From NCBI GenBank assembly GCA_963716395.1, contig OY970309.1, forward strand, positions 3,200,001 through 3,264,000: a stretch of 64,000 nucleotides of DNA. Direction: 5' to 3'. A program made the position numbers and the translations under genes. Positions 9,504 through 18,846 of this stretch are shown here, piece by piece; the first letter of the stretch is position 1, and the number at the start of each line of letters is the position of its first letter. Source of the DNA: an uncultured Fibrobacteria bacterium (GTDB lineage Bacteria > Fibrobacterota > Fibrobacteria > UBA11236). Under the pieces are notes generated by a model. That model was given only the letters and a program-made list of their open reading frames with translations, was not told the origin of the DNA and did no database searches.

Positions 9504-10187
9504 TTACCGGCCCCGCACCAGCAGCACCCGGCCGCGCACCACCTTCACCTGGGTCAACACCTGCAGCAATCGCGCGTAGACCGGGTTTCCGGGAGGCGCG
9601 TAATCGGACACGGAAAATCCGCCGCGTTTTTCCAAGAGACTGATGGGAAATCGTTGGCCATTCATGAAACCCACTTGCGGCGCCAATTTCACTTCCTGCG
9701 GGCTCAGGTCGAGAATGCCTTCGACGCGGGCGTTGAAATAGCCCTGATCCTTGGCGATTCTTCGAAAGATCCAGGCCACCTTGCCCTGCAGGTCGCGCAC
9801 GGGTTGGGTGGTGGAGACGGCCAGGTTCGAATCGCCCGCTTCGACGCGGTAACGCAACCCGCTGGATTTTGATATCGGGCTGGAAGCCACAAGAACATCA
9901 AGATCCGAATCGTCCAGCCAAAGCGAATCCGATTTTTGCGCCGGAACCTCGGAAGCGAAGTCACCCAACCGTTCGGCTACGCGTTGTAAGCGCATTTGCT
10001 GCGGGGCCGTCCAAAGCAACGGGGGGACGTTGGGTTCGGGCGCCACGATGGCGCGGAACTCCTTGTATTGCGATACCAGGATGATGGCGACAATGCACAA
10101 GACGCTGGCGGGCGCCATGCATAAAAACAGAATGAAGGTCCGCCGGGAAACGGCGGCCGGGTCCGGCGGCGGCGTGGAGACAGGCAT
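9504..10187 (-). CDS. Hypothetical membrane-anchored protein
   Basis: 227-aa ORF with an N-terminal TM, directly downstream of the oxidase operon. Confidence 0.6.
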   Translation of the reverse strand: MPVSTPPPDPAAVSRRTFILFLCMAPASVLCIVAIILVSQYKEFRAIVAPEPNVPPLLWTAPQQMRLQRVAERLGDFASEVPAQKSDSLWLDDSDLDVLVASSPISKSSGLRYRVEAGDSNLAVSTTQPVRDLQGKVAWIFRRIAKDQGYFNARVEGILDLSPQEVKLAPQVGFMNGQRFPISLLEKRGGFSVSDYAPPGNPVYARLLQVLTQVKVVRGRVLLVRGR

Positions 10188-10215
10188 TAAAACATTGAAA
10201 GACGCTTGACCAGGC

Positions 10216-10608
10216 TTATTTCTGGTCCGCGGCGTTTGCCTTCAAAACCGGAGATTGCCAATTGATCGCTTTGGTGAAACTGGGATCCATATTGCCGCGA
10301 AAGGCGATGTCGGCCATGACGAAGGTGATGAAGATGAGCAGGAAGGCAAAGTTGGAGCAGAAAATAACCACGTTGAGCCAGGACTTTTCATATTTGAGCC
10401 CCATGAGAAAGCCGGCGACAATGACCATCATCACCACCGATACGGAAAATATGGCGGCCGCTTGCACCGTGTGCAAACTGAGAAAGTCGACGGGCCATTT
10501 TTTCATGGGGACCTGGGAAATGGCGACCATGAGGACCAGCAGCGCCAGCAGGCCGACGTAAACCCGAATCAGGGTTTTCACGTTATAGGTGTGCCCAGGC
10601 TGTTCCAT
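10216..10608 (-). CDS. Cytochrome c oxidase subunit IV
   Basis: Three TM helices, 'FLMGLKYE' motif, position after subunit III. Confidence 0.8.
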   Translation of the reverse strand: MEQPGHTYNVKTLIRVYVGLLALLVLMVAISQVPMKKWPVDFLSLHTVQAAAIFSVSVVMMVIVAGFLMGLKYEKSWLNVVIFCSNFAFLLIFITFVMADIAFRGNMDPSFTKAINWQSPVLKANAADQK

Positions 10609-10611
10609 CGT

Positions 10612-11262
10612 TTACCCCACCAAATAAAGAAGCGGAAAAAGAAAAATCCAGACGATATCCACCAGCGCCCAATAAATTCCGGCCATTTCCAAAGGCGTGA
10701 AATATCCCCGCGAGAAGCGCACCTTGGTCGACACGAAAAAACACCAGACCATGAGCCCCATGCCTACCAACACGTGCAGGGCGTGTAACCCGGTAGAAAA
10801 GAAGTAATAGCCGAAGAAGACGTGGACGTAAGGGTTGGTGAACCCTTCGCCGTGAAAGTGGTGGCCGGGCAGCAAACCGTGGTGGAACTTGGCGACATAT
10901 TCCGAGCCTTTCACCACCATGAAAGCGCATCCCATGAGAAAGCTGATGACCAGGTTGAGCCGCACCTTGGCCTGATTGGCTTTCTGGCCGTAGGATGCGG
11001 CGAGGGCCATGGTAAAGCCGCCGGTGAGTAGAAAAAAGGTGTTGAGCGCACCCATACGCCAATCCAGATGCGGTTTGGCCTGGGCAAAGGCGCCGGGATG
11101 GCGGTACAGGATAATGATCCCTGCCACGAGTATCGCCCCGAACATCATAATTTCCGAGGCCAGGAACAGCCACATACCCATCCGCTGGGCTTCGAATTCC
11201 TGGTTGGCATCGTCGAAATGGTGGGCGACGGCGTGTTCATGCAAAGCGGAGGCGTTGGTCAT
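10612..11262 (-). CDS. ctaE: Cytochrome c oxidase subunit III
   Basis: '[13 protein letters not shown]', 'TGLHALHV', 'YWALVDIVW'. Confidence 0.92.
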   Translation of the reverse strand: MTNASALHEHAVAHHFDDANQEFEAQRMGMWLFLASEIMMFGAILVAGIIILYRHPGAFAQAKPHLDWRMGALNTFFLLTGGFTMALAASYGQKANQAKVRLNLVISFLMGCAFMVVKGSEYVAKFHHGLLPGHHFHGEGFTNPYVHVFFGYYFFSTGLHALHVLVGMGLMVWCFFVSTKVRFSRGYFTPLEMAGIYWALVDIVWIFLFPLLYLVG

Positions 11263-12866
11263 TTGGCTTTCTCCATACCGTATTCGTAGGGGCCGTGCGT
11301 GACCACCGGGGTTTCGGCGAAGTTGTATAAGACCGGCGGTGTTTCCGCCATTTCCCACTCCAAGGTACGGGCCCCCCATGGGTTTTGCGGGGCGTTGGCC
11401 GGGCCGCGGAGCGACACCAACAAATTGATCAAAGCCGTAAACAATCCCACGGCCAGGATGAACACTCCCACGGTGGAGATCTGGTGGTAAATCTGGAATT
11501 GCGGCAGGTAGTGGTAATAGCGCCGGGGACTACCATGCGCGCCCATCACCAGTTGCGGAAAAAAAGTGATGTTGAAGCCGATGAAGATCACAATGCTGGC
11601 CAACCGACCCCAAAATTCGTTATACATATGCGCCGTCATTTTGGGCCACCAGTAATGGATGCCGCCGATGAAGGCGATCATGGTGGAGCCCATGGCGATG
11701 TAATGGAAATGCGATACCACGAAGTAGGTGTCGTGCAGATGAATGTCGAGCGACAGAATGGCCAAAATGATTCCGGTCAGGCCGCCGATGGTGAAATTGA
11801 ACAACACCTGCAAGGCATACAGCATGGGTGTCCGCAGCCAGATCGACCCTTGGTAGAGGGTGGTGGTCCAGTTGAACACCTTGATGGCCGAAGGCACGGC
11901 GGTGAAAAAGGTCAGGAAGGAGAATATCGTGCTGGCGACTTCGGATTGGCCGGACACGAACATGTGGTGCCCCCAGACCAGAAAGCCGATGATGGTGATG
12001 GCCACCATGGAGTAGGCCATGAACTTGTAGCCAAAAATGTCGCGGCGAGAGAAAGCGGCGATGAGTTCGGAGGTGATGCCGAAGGCCGGCACCACGATGA
12101 TATACACCGCGGGATGCGAATAGAACCAGAAGAAATTCTGCATCAAAAGGGGGTCGCCGCCCAAAGCCGGATCGAAAATACCGATGTGGAAGAAGTTTTC
12201 GATCAGCAGAAGGAGCAAGGTTACCGCCAGCACGGGGGTGGCGAACACCTGCATGATGCCCGTGGCATAGAGCGACCAGACGAACAACGGCATTTTAAAC
12301 CAGGTCATGCCGGGCGCGCGCATTTTGTGGATGGTGACGATGAAATTCAACCCCGTCAAAATGGAGGAAAAGCCCAGGGTGAAGGCTGCGACCATCATCC
12401 ACAGCACGGCCGGATTTTCAGAAATCGAATACGGAGCGTAAAAAGTCCAGCCCTGATCGGCGTTGCCTGCAATTAAGGACACGATGGCGAGGGCCGCCCC
12501 TAACCAATAAATATAAAGGCTGGTCAGGTTGAGCTTGGGGAAGGCGAGATCCTTGGCCCCGATTTGGATGGGAAGAATGAAATTCCCCAGGGCGCTGGGA
12601 ATTCCGGGCACCACCACCAAAAACACCATGATGACACCATGCATGGTGAAAAAATGGTTGTAGGTGTTGACCGACATGATATCCCGGCCCGGGGTCCACA
12701 ATTCGACGCGGAAGAGAAAGGCGTAGATGCCGCCGCATACGAATAGGGTGATCACCGAGATCAAATACATGATGCCGATGCGCTTGTGATCGATGGTCAC
12801 AAGCCAAGACAAAATGCCCTTGCGTGCTTTCAGGTAATTGACGTTGTTATGGACATGCGCGATCAT
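11259..12866 (-). CDS. ctaD: Cytochrome c oxidase subunit I (type A2)
   Basis: 'DHKRIG', '[11 protein letters not shown]' (YS motif of A2 oxidases), 'WGHHM', '[12 protein letters not shown]'. Confidence 0.97.
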   Translation of the reverse strand: MIAHVHNNVNYLKARKGILSWLVTIDHKRIGIMYLISVITLFVCGGIYAFLFRVELWTPGRDIMSVNTYNHFFTMHGVIMVFLVVVPGIPSALGNFILPIQIGAKDLAFPKLNLTSLYIYWLGAALAIVSLIAGNADQGWTFYAPYSISENPAVLWMMVAAFTLGFSSILTGLNFIVTIHKMRAPGMTWFKMPLFVWSLYATGIMQVFATPVLAVTLLLLLIENFFHIGIFDPALGGDPLLMQNFFWFYSHPAVYIIVVPAFGITSELIAAFSRRDIFGYKFMAYSMVAITIIGFLVWGHHMFVSGQSEVASTIFSFLTFFTAVPSAIKVFNWTTTLYQGSIWLRTPMLYALQVLFNFTIGGLTGIILAILSLDIHLHDTYFVVSHFHYIAMGSTMIAFIGGIHYWWPKMTAHMYNEFWGRLASIVIFIGFNITFFPQLVMGAHGSPRRYYHYLPQFQIYHQISTVGVFILAVGLFTALINLLVSLRGPANAPQNPWGARTLEWEMAETPPVLYNFAETPVVTHGPYEYGMEKAK

Positions 12867-12890
12867 AGGCGATTCCGGGTCAAGGGGTTT

Positions 12891-13835
12891 TTATTTCAAG
12901 CTTTTGATATAGGCGGTCAGGGCCGCGATTTCTTCGTCGCTGAGAATTCCCTTGTACGGTGGCATCACCGGCTGAAACCCCTTTACGATGTCGGCGGTCG
13001 GATCCATCATCGAAAGCTTCACATAGGCGGCGTCGACGACCTTGCTACGGCCCCCTTCGAACGCCACCGTGGTGCCCCAAATGCCCTTCCAGGTGGGGCC
13101 GATGCCGGCGCTGCCGTCGACGTGATGGCAGGCGCTGCAGCCCTTCTGATGGTAGAGCAGAGCGCCGTATTCGGCCGGCGATTTTCCGGCCGCGGGATTG
13201 GCGGCTTTTTTCAGCCAAGCCTGGTAGGCATCGGGTTCGAGCACTTTGACTGCCGTCCACATATAAGAATGGTTGGTACCGCAATACTGGGTACAAAACA
13301 CCTGGAACACACCGGTGCGCGTAGCTTCGAACCACAGACTGTTGTAGCGGCCGGGAACCACGTCGGACTTGGTGCGGAAGGCGGGAATGAAAAAGGAGTG
13401 GATGACGTCGACGCTGGTCAGCTTGAGGCGCACCGGTTGATGCACGGGGACCACCAAGGTGTCGCTGCTGACGCCCTGCTCGGGATAGGAGAAGCTCCAG
13501 CTCCATTGGCGGCCGGTTACGTCCACGGTCATGGAGTTGGACGGCGCCACACGCATGTTCCAGAATCCCTTCATGCCGATGATGAAGAGGCCAATTACGA
13601 TGAGCAGCGGCACTACGGTCCAAATGGTTTCCAGGGCCGTATTGTGCGTCATCTGGCCCTGAGCCTGCTGATCGGGATGGCGTCGCAGGTATTTGAAAAC
13701 AAAGACCACGATGAGTGCGACGATGACGGTGAAAAAGAATATGGAGATCCACAAATAGAGATTGAAAGCCCAATCCACGGATGGGGCAAAGGTGGAGGCC
13801 GCGCGGGGCAGCCAGAAAGTCTTACTCGTGTCCAT
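12891..13835 (-). CDS. ctaC: Cytochrome c oxidase subunit II with fused cytochrome c (caa3)
   Basis: CuA motifs 'DVIHSF' and 'CTQYCGTNHSYM'; heme c motif 'CSACH'. Confidence 0.95.
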   Translation of the reverse strand: MDTSKTFWLPRAASTFAPSVDWAFNLYLWISIFFFTVIVALIVVFVFKYLRRHPDQQAQGQMTHNTALETIWTVVPLLIVIGLFIIGMKGFWNMRVAPSNSMTVDVTGRQWSWSFSYPEQGVSSDTLVVPVHQPVRLKLTSVDVIHSFFIPAFRTKSDVVPGRYNSLWFEATRTGVFQVFCTQYCGTNHSYMWTAVKVLEPDAYQAWLKKAANPAAGKSPAEYGALLYHQKGCSACHHVDGSAGIGPTWKGIWGTTVAFEGGRSKVVDAAYVKLSMMDPTADIVKGFQPVMPPYKGILSDEEIAALTAYIKSLK

Positions 13836-13873
13836 AGATTCCTTGTTCCGTTAATCCTTCGCCGCAGCCAGGC

Positions 13874-14716
13874 CTAAACGCTCTCCCCCAGCTTGGCCGC
13901 AGTCTTGGTCGCTTGCTTTTTCCGGTAAACCTCCCGCCACCACAGGGGGCCGAGCAGCAGCGCCAGCAAAACCAGCACAATGCCCCCGCCCGCCGTCATC
14001 ACGTGTTGGGCGAACAGCACATACCCTTTGGCGTTGGAGTCGTAATGGTAGCAGAACAAAATCACCTTGTCGGAGAGGGAAAGCTCCTTATCCTGCGAGG
14101 CGTCGAGCAAGGCCAGGCGCATGTCGCGCGGTGAGAAATCCACCCCATACAGATAACGAGATACTTTGCCGCCGGGACTCAGAAAGATGATGCCGGCCCC
14201 GTGGGCGAACTGATCCTTGCCCGGAATGTAGCGGTAGTTGAATCCCGCGGTGGTTGCGAGGGTCTTTACGGTATTGCGATCCCCGATCAAAATATGCCAG
14301 CCCTGATTCGTTCCGGGTTTGTCGAGCGACTTCATCAACCGATCCTGCACGGGTTTGGCCTGGGCCGGGTCGTCATGCCAGTCGAGGTCGACGGTCAGGA
14401 TGGTGTATTCTTTTCCCGGCGTCCAGGGATTGGTGCGCAGGCCCTTAGCGATGCCATCCCATACCAGCGGGCACAGCATGGGGCAATGCAAGTAGGCGAA
14501 GTCGAGTAGAATCGGTTTTCCCTGGTTGAGAAAGTCACCTAATTTCACCGCGCGCCCACTGGCGTCGATGAAAGACAGGTTCGGATCCACCTTGGCCCCA
14601 AGATGTTCCACGATACCGACGCCGGTCAACGCGGGCGGTAAGGCCGCTGCGCCACTAGGACCGCCGAAGGCCTGCAGAATGCCGGCCAGGGTCAAGAGAA
14701 GAATTGTACGCCGCAT
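13874..14716 (-). CDS. SCO family copper chaperone
   Basis: 'CPMLC' motif, conserved His in 'QFAHGAG', 'SRYLYG'. Confidence 0.88.
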   Translation of the reverse strand: MRRTILLLTLAGILQAFGGPSGAAALPPALTGVGIVEHLGAKVDPNLSFIDASGRAVKLGDFLNQGKPILLDFAYLHCPMLCPLVWDGIAKGLRTNPWTPGKEYTILTVDLDWHDDPAQAKPVQDRLMKSLDKPGTNQGWHILIGDRNTVKTLATTAGFNYRYIPGKDQFAHGAGIIFLSPGGKVSRYLYGVDFSPRDMRLALLDASQDKELSLSDKVILFCYHYDSNAKGYVLFAQHVMTAGGGIVLVLLALLLGPLWWREVYRKKQATKTAAKLGESV

Positions 14717-14719
14717 GGC

Positions 14720-15076
14720 TTACTCCTTTCTTCTGACCTCGGGGGTTGAATCGTGGGCCTGGGCGGCGCGTTGTGCCATAATCTCCATCGCGCGCTGAAT
14801 GGGAATTTGCACGATACCGTTGGCTTTGTCTTTCCAGGCATAGTTGTCCAACATCGAATCTTCCTGGGCGCGAAAAGCGTGATAGACTTCGGCCAGGGAA
14901 TCGGCGCCCTCGGTTTGCTTGGCGCGCATTTCATGCGTCAGAGAGGCCGTGGCTGCCGACCACACGATGAAAACAAAAATCAACAGCAGCAGCATGGCCA
15001 CAGGGATCATCCAAATCACCCGGTTGAAGGTGAAGTCTTGCGTTTCGTGGCCGGCGCCGTGGGAAGAATCGCTCAT
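14720..15076 (-). CDS. ActG-like small subunit of alternative complex III
   Basis: One TM, 'YAWKDK...QIPIQRAM' motif, located between actF and SCO. Confidence 0.65.
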   Translation of the reverse strand: MSDSSHGAGHETQDFTFNRVIWMIPVAMLLLLIFVFIVWSAATASLTHEMRAKQTEGADSLAEVYHAFRAQEDSMLDNYAWKDKANGIVQIPIQRAMEIMAQRAAQAHDSTPEVRRKE

Positions 15077-15078
15077 GC

Positions 15079-16269
15079 TCACATCCCGTTGTCGTAGTTC
15101 AGGCATTCTGCCAGCCGGGGGTCCTGCACCGGAATCAGATTGGCCTGACGCAATTTATGGAGAAAGAAAAAGGCGAAAAATCCGCCCACCGCCAAGAGCG
15201 CGCTGATGTCGGAGAGGCCGAACACCGCGCCCTGCGGGTGAAAATTCGGCTGCACCAGCCAGTAGATATCGACAAAGCACATCACCAGCAGCCACACGGC
15301 GCCGAAAGCGAGCGTTTTCGTATTGCGTTTGACGTTATGCGACATCAGGAAAAGAAAAGGAATGGCGAAATGGCACCACGGCAAGGTCAGACTGACGAAC
15401 ATCCACGATCCCACGGCTCGGTGGTGGAAAAAGGCGACCTCTTCGGGGATATTGGCGTACCAATACAAAATGAACTGCCCGAACGCGATATAGGTCCAAA
15501 AAATATTATGGCCGAACATCAATTTGCCCATGTCGTGATAATGCTCGGTATTCACCGTATTGCGCAAATGCCCGGTGGATTGCATGAGCCGGGTCAGCAA
15601 AATCAAGACGGCATAAAAAGCCACGATGGAACCGGCGAAGAAGTACACCCCGAAAATACTGGAAAACCAATGCGGATCCAGCGACATGATCCAGTCGAAG
15701 GAGAAGAAAGTCTGCGACAGGGCGTAGAAAACAAGACCGCCGCCGGCCACCTTCGCCATGCGCAAGGTCAAATTGGGATCGCCGGTTTCATCCTGTTTAC
15801 GCGACGTTTTCAAAAAATAGGACGCGAAGGCGAACCAGGCTCCGAAGTACACCACGGCGCGCAGGGTGAACATCGGGATATTGAGATAGGGAATCTTGAT
15901 TTGCACCAGGTGATCTGTGGCGCGCACCGACGGCAACGACCAGCGGAACACATCGTGCATGCAGAGGAGAATGGGAACGGAGAGCAGGGCCATGACCCAG
16001 ATATTCGATGCCAAGGTTTCCGCCAACCGGCGCACGGTTACACTCCAGGCGGAGCGGGCCGCGAATTGCACCATCACGAAGAACAGCGCACCCAACGCGA
16101 TGGCCGTAAAGAAAATGAAGGCGGTGACATAGGAGGCGAAAAATGCGTGGCGATCCCGCAGCACCGAAATGGCGCACAAGATCAGCCCCACCACTCCGGC
16201 TCCAAGGCAGTAATTGGTCCACTTTTGCAGCCTCGCATTGAGGCGGATGACATCGTGTATTTCGACCAT
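15079..16269 (-). CDS. actF: Alternative complex III subunit ActF
   Basis: Polytopic; 'DWIMSLDPHWFS', 'HDMGKLMF', 'WYANIPEE'. Confidence 0.9.
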   Translation of the reverse strand: MVEIHDVIRLNARLQKWTNYCLGAGVVGLILCAISVLRDRHAFFASYVTAFIFFTAIALGALFFVMVQFAARSAWSVTVRRLAETLASNIWVMALLSVPILLCMHDVFRWSLPSVRATDHLVQIKIPYLNIPMFTLRAVVYFGAWFAFASYFLKTSRKQDETGDPNLTLRMAKVAGGGLVFYALSQTFFSFDWIMSLDPHWFSSIFGVYFFAGSIVAFYAVLILLTRLMQSTGHLRNTVNTEHYHDMGKLMFGHNIFWTYIAFGQFILYWYANIPEEVAFFHHRAVGSWMFVSLTLPWCHFAIPFLFLMSHNVKRNTKTLAFGAVWLLVMCFVDIYWLVQPNFHPQGAVFGLSDISALLAVGGFFAFFFLHKLRQANLIPVQDPRLAECLNYDNGM

Positions 16270-16277
16270 TTTGACGA

Positions 16278-16853
16278 CTACCTCAGCTTGGCTCGTTCAC
16301 TGTCGGGAACATCCTGAATGCTGGCGTTCTCGCTCAATTGCAAGGCCCGCAAATACGCCACGATGGCCCAGCGATCGGCTTCGGGAATCTGCTTGCCATA
16401 GGCCGGCATGTTCCGAACCCCGTATGAAATGGTGCGGAACACCTGACCGTCGGGCATCTGGCGGATGCGATCGCTGTGAAAGTTGGGCGGCGGGAGAAAG
16501 CCGTGTTGCACCACCATGCCGTTGGCGTTTCCGGTGCGGCCATGACAGGGCGAACAGTAAATATTGAAGCGTTGCTGGCCGCGTTCCAGCAGCCCCATGG
16601 TGACGGGAACCGGAAGCTTGGCGATGGGATGCACCGAATCGCCGCCCCGCCAGTACGCGTCATCCGCTTTGAGATCGCCATGCGGCACCGTGCCTTCGGG
16701 CGGCATGCGCATGTTACGGCCGTCTTTAAAAAAGGTGTTGCTTTCAAAGGCGTTGAAGCGGGGTTGGTACTCCATACCGTGCTTGACCCACAAAGGCGGT
16801 TCCCGGGAAATCTGTCCCCGGCAGCCGAACAGCACGGCCCCAGCCAATACCAT
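16278..16853 (-). CDS. actE: Alternative complex III monoheme cytochrome c lipoprotein ActE (start uncertain)
   Basis: Lipobox 'LFGC', 'CSPCHG', 'DRWAIVAYLRALQ'. Confidence 0.88.
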   Translation of the reverse strand: MVLAGAVLFGCRGQISREPPLWVKHGMEYQPRFNAFESNTFFKDGRNMRMPPEGTVPHGDLKADDAYWRGGDSVHPIAKLPVPVTMGLLERGQQRFNIYCSPCHGRTGNANGMVVQHGFLPPPNFHSDRIRQMPDGQVFRTISYGVRNMPAYGKQIPEADRWAIVAYLRALQLSENASIQDVPDSERAKLR

Positions 16854-16881
16854 AGGTCCGAAAAATGCGGCGGGTTTCAGA

Positions 16882-17439
16882 TCAATCCTCCAGCACTTCG
16901 ATGTTCCTGCCGCCGAGCGACTGCAGGAAAGCTTGGGTTTTTTCCGCATTGAATTTTGGATCGCGCGCTTCGATGCTGATGAAAAATCCGTTATCCGAAA
17001 ACTTCTTGAAATTCTTGCTCTTGAAGGTGGCATGGTACAGGCGCGGCAGTCCGTTGAGGGCCAGCATACCCAGCAGGCAACCAAAAGCCGTAAACAAAAT
17101 TCCGGGTTCGAAGGTGACGGGCACATAGGCCGGGTAGGCTACCATGGGCTTGCCGGCGATGAGCAGCGGGAAAGCGTATTTGTGAATCCAGTATTGCAGG
17201 CTGAATCCGCCGAAGGCGCCGGCAAAGGCGCAACAGATGGCGATCCATCCCAACTTAGAGTCTTTCAACCCCATGGCTTTTTCGATGCCGTGGATGGGAA
17301 AGGGGGAATGGACATCCCAATACCGATATCCCATGTCGCGCACCTTTTCGGAGGCATGGGAAACTTCGGCCGGGTTGGCGAATTCGGCCAGCACGCCGAA
17401 CAGTTTCGGGACGCTCTGAACTTTTTGACTGTGGGACAT
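16882..17439 (-). CDS. actD: Alternative complex III subunit ActD (DUF3341)
   Basis: 'VHSPFPIHG', two TM helices, 'GKP...PVTFE'. Confidence 0.9.
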   Translation of the reverse strand: MSHSQKVQSVPKLFGVLAEFANPAEVSHASEKVRDMGYRYWDVHSPFPIHGIEKAMGLKDSKLGWIAICCAFAGAFGGFSLQYWIHKYAFPLLIAGKPMVAYPAYVPVTFEPGILFTAFGCLLGMLALNGLPRLYHATFKSKNFKKFSDNGFFISIEARDPKFNAEKTQAFLQSLGGRNIEVLED

Positions 17440-17454
17440 ACCGGCAATCCTCGA

Positions 17455-18837
17455 CTAATGGTTGGCCACGACGGTCGCGGGATGGGGGTTGGCCTCAGGC
17501 ATGGCGCCCTTGACCTCGGCGATAGCCAAGGACGGAAGGAACTTCAAGAAGAGCAGGAAAAAGGTTCCGAACAAACCGAAAGTGCCGACAAAGGTGAAAA
17601 TGTCGACCCAGGTCGGACGGTAATAGCCCCAAGAGGAGGGCAGAAAATCGGCGTGAATCGATATAACAATCACAAATCGTTCCAGCCACATTCCCAGGTT
17701 TACGAAAATGGTGAGGATGAAGGTGATGGGAATGCTGCGGCGGATCTTGCGGAACCACCAGAATTGCGGCACCACGATGTTACAGAACAGCACCGTGTAA
17801 TAGGTCCAGGCGTAATGGCCCAAGGCACGATCCCAGAAGGCGTACCGTTCGTAGATGTCGCCGCTGTACCAGGCGATGAACAATTCCATCAGGTAGGAAT
17901 AGCCGACCAGGCTACCCGTGAGCAGCATGAACTTGGCCATGTTTTCGAGATGGTGCATGCGCACGACCTTCTTGAAACCAAAGGCTTCACGGGCGATGAT
18001 CATGAGCATGGTGACCAAGCCGAAGCCCGAATACACGGCCCCCGCGACGAAATAAGGCGGAAACACCGTGGTATGCCATCCCGGAATTTTGGAGACGGCG
18101 AAGTCGAAGGACACGATGCTATGCACCGATAGCACCAGCGGGGTGGCGATGGCTGCCAGAATCAGATAGGCGCGCTCGTAATTGGCCCAATGACGGGCCG
18201 ACCCGCGCCAGCCCACGGCGAAAATTCCCAGGATGATTTGCTTGATCTTACCCTGGGCGCGATCGCGCAGGGTGGCCAAATCGGGAATGAGGCCCATATA
18301 CCAGAAAAGCACGGACACGGTAAAGTACGTGCTGACCGCGAAGGTGTCCCAAAACAGAGGGCTGCGCGTATTGGGCCATACGCTCATCTGGTTGGGGATC
18401 GGAAAGACGTAATAGAGCACCCAGACGCGGCCCACGTGAAAAGCCGGAAACACGCCGGCGCACATCACCGCGAAGATGGTCATGGCTTCGGAAAAACGGT
18501 TGATGGCTGTACGCCAGCGCTGGCGGAACAAAAAGAGAATGGCGGAAATCAAGGTTCCCGCATGGCCGATACCGATCCACCACACGAAGTTCACGATGGC
18601 CCAGCCCCAGGCCACGGGAATATTGATGCCCCAAATCCCCGTGCCTTCCCAGAACAGCCAGCCGAAAAGCCCGCCCATCAGGCATAGCAGCGAAACCGAG
18701 AGGAGGAAAAGAATGACCCAAGCCGGCGCCGGTTTGGCTTCGGTCGGGTGCGAGATTATTTCGGTGACTTCATGGAAGTCGCCCGTCTCCACCAGTACGG
18801 GCCGTCTGGTAGGATCGAGATCGCGGTCGATGATCAT
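17455..18837 (-). CDS. actC: Alternative complex III quinol-binding subunit ActC (NrfD family)
   Basis: 'WIGIGHAGTLISAIL', 'RFSEAMT', 'SPLFWD', 'GWHTT'. Confidence 0.95.
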   Translation of the reverse strand: MIIDRDLDPTRRPVLVETGDFHEVTEIISHPTEAKPAPAWVILFLLSVSLLCLMGGLFGWLFWEGTGIWGINIPVAWGWAIVNFVWWIGIGHAGTLISAILFLFRQRWRTAINRFSEAMTIFAVMCAGVFPAFHVGRVWVLYYVFPIPNQMSVWPNTRSPLFWDTFAVSTYFTVSVLFWYMGLIPDLATLRDRAQGKIKQIILGIFAVGWRGSARHWANYERAYLILAAIATPLVLSVHSIVSFDFAVSKIPGWHTTVFPPYFVAGAVYSGFGLVTMLMIIAREAFGFKKVVRMHHLENMAKFMLLTGSLVGYSYLMELFIAWYSGDIYERYAFWDRALGHYAWTYYTVLFCNIVVPQFWWFRKIRRSIPITFILTIFVNLGMWLERFVIVISIHADFLPSSWGYYRPTWVDIFTFVGTFGLFGTFFLLFLKFLPSLAIAEVKGAMPEANPHPATVVANH

Positions 18838-18846
18838 GGTCGCGCC